From contig NC_057719.1 in the NCBI RefSeq assembly GCF_004010195.1, positions 76,809,273 through 76,873,272 on the forward strand: a stretch of 64,000 bases of DNA. Reading direction: 5' to 3'. The translations under genes and the position numbers were made by a program. Position 1 is the stretch's first letter. Each line of letters starts with the position of its first letter. Below, piece after piece: positions 61,560 to 64,000 of this stretch. The DNA is from Chiloscyllium plagiosum (taxonomy: Eukaryota). Below the pieces are notes generated by a model that did no database searches, was not told where the DNA came from, and was given only the letters and a program-made list of their open reading frames with translations.

Positions 61560-61690
61560 GTTCTGAAGAAGGGTCACTTGACCAGAAATGTTAACTCTGC
61601 TTTCTCTGTACAGATCTTCCAGATTTGCTAAGTTTATCCAGCAACTTCTCGGATTTAGATTGTTTTAGATTTCCAGCACCTGCAGTTTTA
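61560..61690 (+). mobile_element. PLE pLTR fragment with a degenerate hammerhead motif
   Basis: CTGAAGA-agggtca-ct-tgacca-GAAAT-GTTaac followed by ttccagcacctgcagttt; a related piece lies at ~60925-61040. Confidence 0.6.
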
Positions 61691-61999
61691 GAGGATTTTT
61701 TAAAATATCAAGATGATGTCTCCATGATAAATTAATCAGAAGCAGTTGGGCCACAAGAACCAAGTGCTATAGAGTTATCTGATGATTAGGAAGATAACAA
61801 AAATACTGACTGACGTTCAGACAGCATACAAGCCAGGTGCAGAATCCAGTCAGGGTAGAATAGAATGGAGTTGTCGGTCTGTCAAATCAGGAGACATTAC
61901 TGCAAGATCAAATTCCTCTCTTTATTACGGTTTTCAAATCATCTGTAACTTACCCAATGACTACTGCCTCTGAGGATTTCATAGAACATTAAAATCCCT

Positions 62000-62400
62000 C
62001 ACAACATACAATCTTTTATTCTCATTCCTGTTTTCCAATCCTTCAACAGCTTCAATCCTTCCTATCTCTGTGAGCTCCTCAAGCCTCAAAATCACAGCCA
62101 TAGTCACCCAGCAACCCGTTCCACTCTCCCACAGATATCTACACTCATCTAAATCTGATTGTTAAACATCCGATTTTAATCATCTCATCATTGGTAGCCA
62201 TGCCTTCAGTTGGCTAGATGTCAAGGTAGGGAATGCCCTTCCTACACCCCCCTATTAATGGACAATAAAATGTCATTCTAAATCTACTTGTCTACCTCAT
62301 TTCCTCCTTTAGGACACTTTTCAAACCTTTGTAGTCATCTAGCTTACTAATTCCTTATTTGGCTTAGTCTTATATTTTATGTTGTAATGCTACTGTGACA
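62000..62400 (+). mobile_element. L2 LINE 3' fragment
   Basis: ILIPVFQSFNSFNPSYLCELL-like segment and attggtagccatgccttcag...gggaatgcccttcct (GxxAFS...WNxLP). Confidence 0.6.
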
Positions 62401-63307
62401 AATTTTACATTCTTGTTTCACTTGTGTAGCAAATTTATGGACTTTGGGGGCAGACGGTTAAGATGTACAAAGATGTAAGGAAACATCAATCAAATCCAGA
62501 CCACCATTTATGTCTTTCTGCTTTTCCAAAGAATCTTGGGGTCTGACTTACATGAAGTCAGGAAGATTCCAAAGAGTTTTTTTTTAAAATGGAGAAGCAT
62601 CTAACTGTTGATGCTCAGTCCCATTTGCAATAGATCCAATTTTTGCAAGTTGCAGAAGAGAGTGGGATGTGATCCACAGTTGGCAAATTCAAAAAATAAC
62701 TTCATGCTCAGTTCAGACAGCTCCCAACTGGATGTTGCAAGGGCCAAGATGCGCAGTGTGGGAGCTGTGAATTGAAGAAGTAGAAACACTCCTGACAAAT
62801 GGATGAGATCGATTCAATAGTTATGACCTTATGTTTCTATAAATCCCCCTCTTTTAAAGATGAATAAAAACAGGCTTCTGATTGTCCATGAGAGCTGGGG
62901 AGAAAAAAACAACTCTGCAGGACTGCTTTAATTGAAAGTCCATCTGATGTAGGTGAGAAGGGACATTACGTCCAGCCATTGTTACAGACCAGACCAAACC
63001 AAAACCCCTCAAAACATATATTATGAGACACCATAGATGCTAACTTTCTCCTGTTTAAAGATTAGTGTAAGATGTTGCATTCCAAATGTGATTCAATTGG
63101 TCAAATTAGTAGGCTTTAAGCAAAACACACTTTATTCTTACACAACATTTAAAATACAATCAGATCTCCACCAGGCCTTTGGCTACGATGGAATTGCCCT
63201 CCATCATAGTCCTTATCACTATTCTTAACTTTCCTCTCTACCTGTGCCATTTTAAGTCGACTTTCAGTTTTTAGTTGCAACTTATGAAGTTCAAAAACTC
63301 TCTCTTT

Positions 63308-63930
63308 AGAACATAGAACATTACAGCGCAGTACAGTCCCTTCAACCCTCAATGTTGCACCGATCTGTCATACCAATCTGAAGCCCATCTAACCTACACT
63401 ATTTCATTTTCATCCATATATTTATTCAATGACCATTTAAATGCCCTTAAAATTGGCGAGTCTACTACTGTTGTAGGCAGGGCGTTCCACGCTCTTACTA
63501 GTCTGAGTAATGAAACTACCTATGACAGCTGTCCTATATCTATCACCTCTCAATTTAAAGCTATGTCCCCTCCTGCTAGCCATCTCTATCCGAGGAAAAA
63601 GCTCTCCCTGTCCATCCTATCTAACCCTCTGATTATCTTCTATGTCTCAATTAAGTCACCTCTCAACCTTTTTCTCTCTAATGAAAACAGCCTCAAGTCC
63701 CTCAGCCTTTCCTCAAAAGACCTTACCTCCATACCAGGCAACATCCTAGTAAATCTCCTCTGAACCCTTTTCAAAGCTTCCACATCCTTCTTACAATGCG
63801 GTGACCAGAACTGTATGGAATACTCCAAGTGTGGCCACATTAGAGTTTTGTACAGCTGCAGCATGACCTCATGGCTCCAAAACTCAACACCTCTACTAAT
63901 AAGAGCTAACACATTGTATGCCTTCTTAAC
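63308..63930 (-). mobile_element. CR1 3' end
   Basis: (agaacat)n tail; LYKTLMWPHLEYSIQFWSP...RLRGDLIET. Confidence 0.92.
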
Positions 63931-64000
63931 AAAACATCAACGAGCCACAAAAAGACATAACCCACTCTCACTAGTATCCTTACATACAGATGAGGAAGGA
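63931..64000 (+). mobile_element. Start of another Penelope GIY-YIG fragment, running off the window
   Basis: HQRATKRHNPLSLVSLHTDEEG matches HQLATKRHDPLSLVALHTD in ORF 18261-18599. Confidence 0.8.

Noticed and set aside
62980..63160. Possible LTR fragment starting tgttacagacc
   Set aside because: Only one terminus and a poly(A) signal are visible, with no partner end or TSD, so it is not called

Overview
Eukaryotic, repeat-rich DNA. The repeat families (HE1-type V-SINEs, Deu-domain SINE, many CR1 LINEs, several Penelope-like families) point to a cartilaginous fish, probably a shark (inference). The only supportable host coding sequence is one 181-bp minus-strand exon (2661-2841) of a mixed-lineage kinase, most similar to MAP3K9/MLK1, covering DFG to APE. 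I found no neighbouring exon, so 2842-64000 appears to be a single intron of more than 61 kb. Nearly all other recognisable ORFs are decayed retroelement fragments. The most interesting structure is in the repeats. (1) At least seven Penelope-derived insertions have 11-16 bp target-site duplications, most with inverted architecture, and three Penelope families carry minimal hammerhead-ribozyme motifs. (2) A ~3.4-kb inversion can be reconstructed from two split elements. (3) There is a three-level nested MITE/MITE/CR1 insertion. (4) A LINE family appears to start with a tRNA-like head, and a short element shares both of its ends. (5) A tandem array of tRNA-derived units lies near the exon. I found no convincing wholly new gene system. 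Repeat boundaries are approximate unless a TSD is quoted, and identities are judged by eye.
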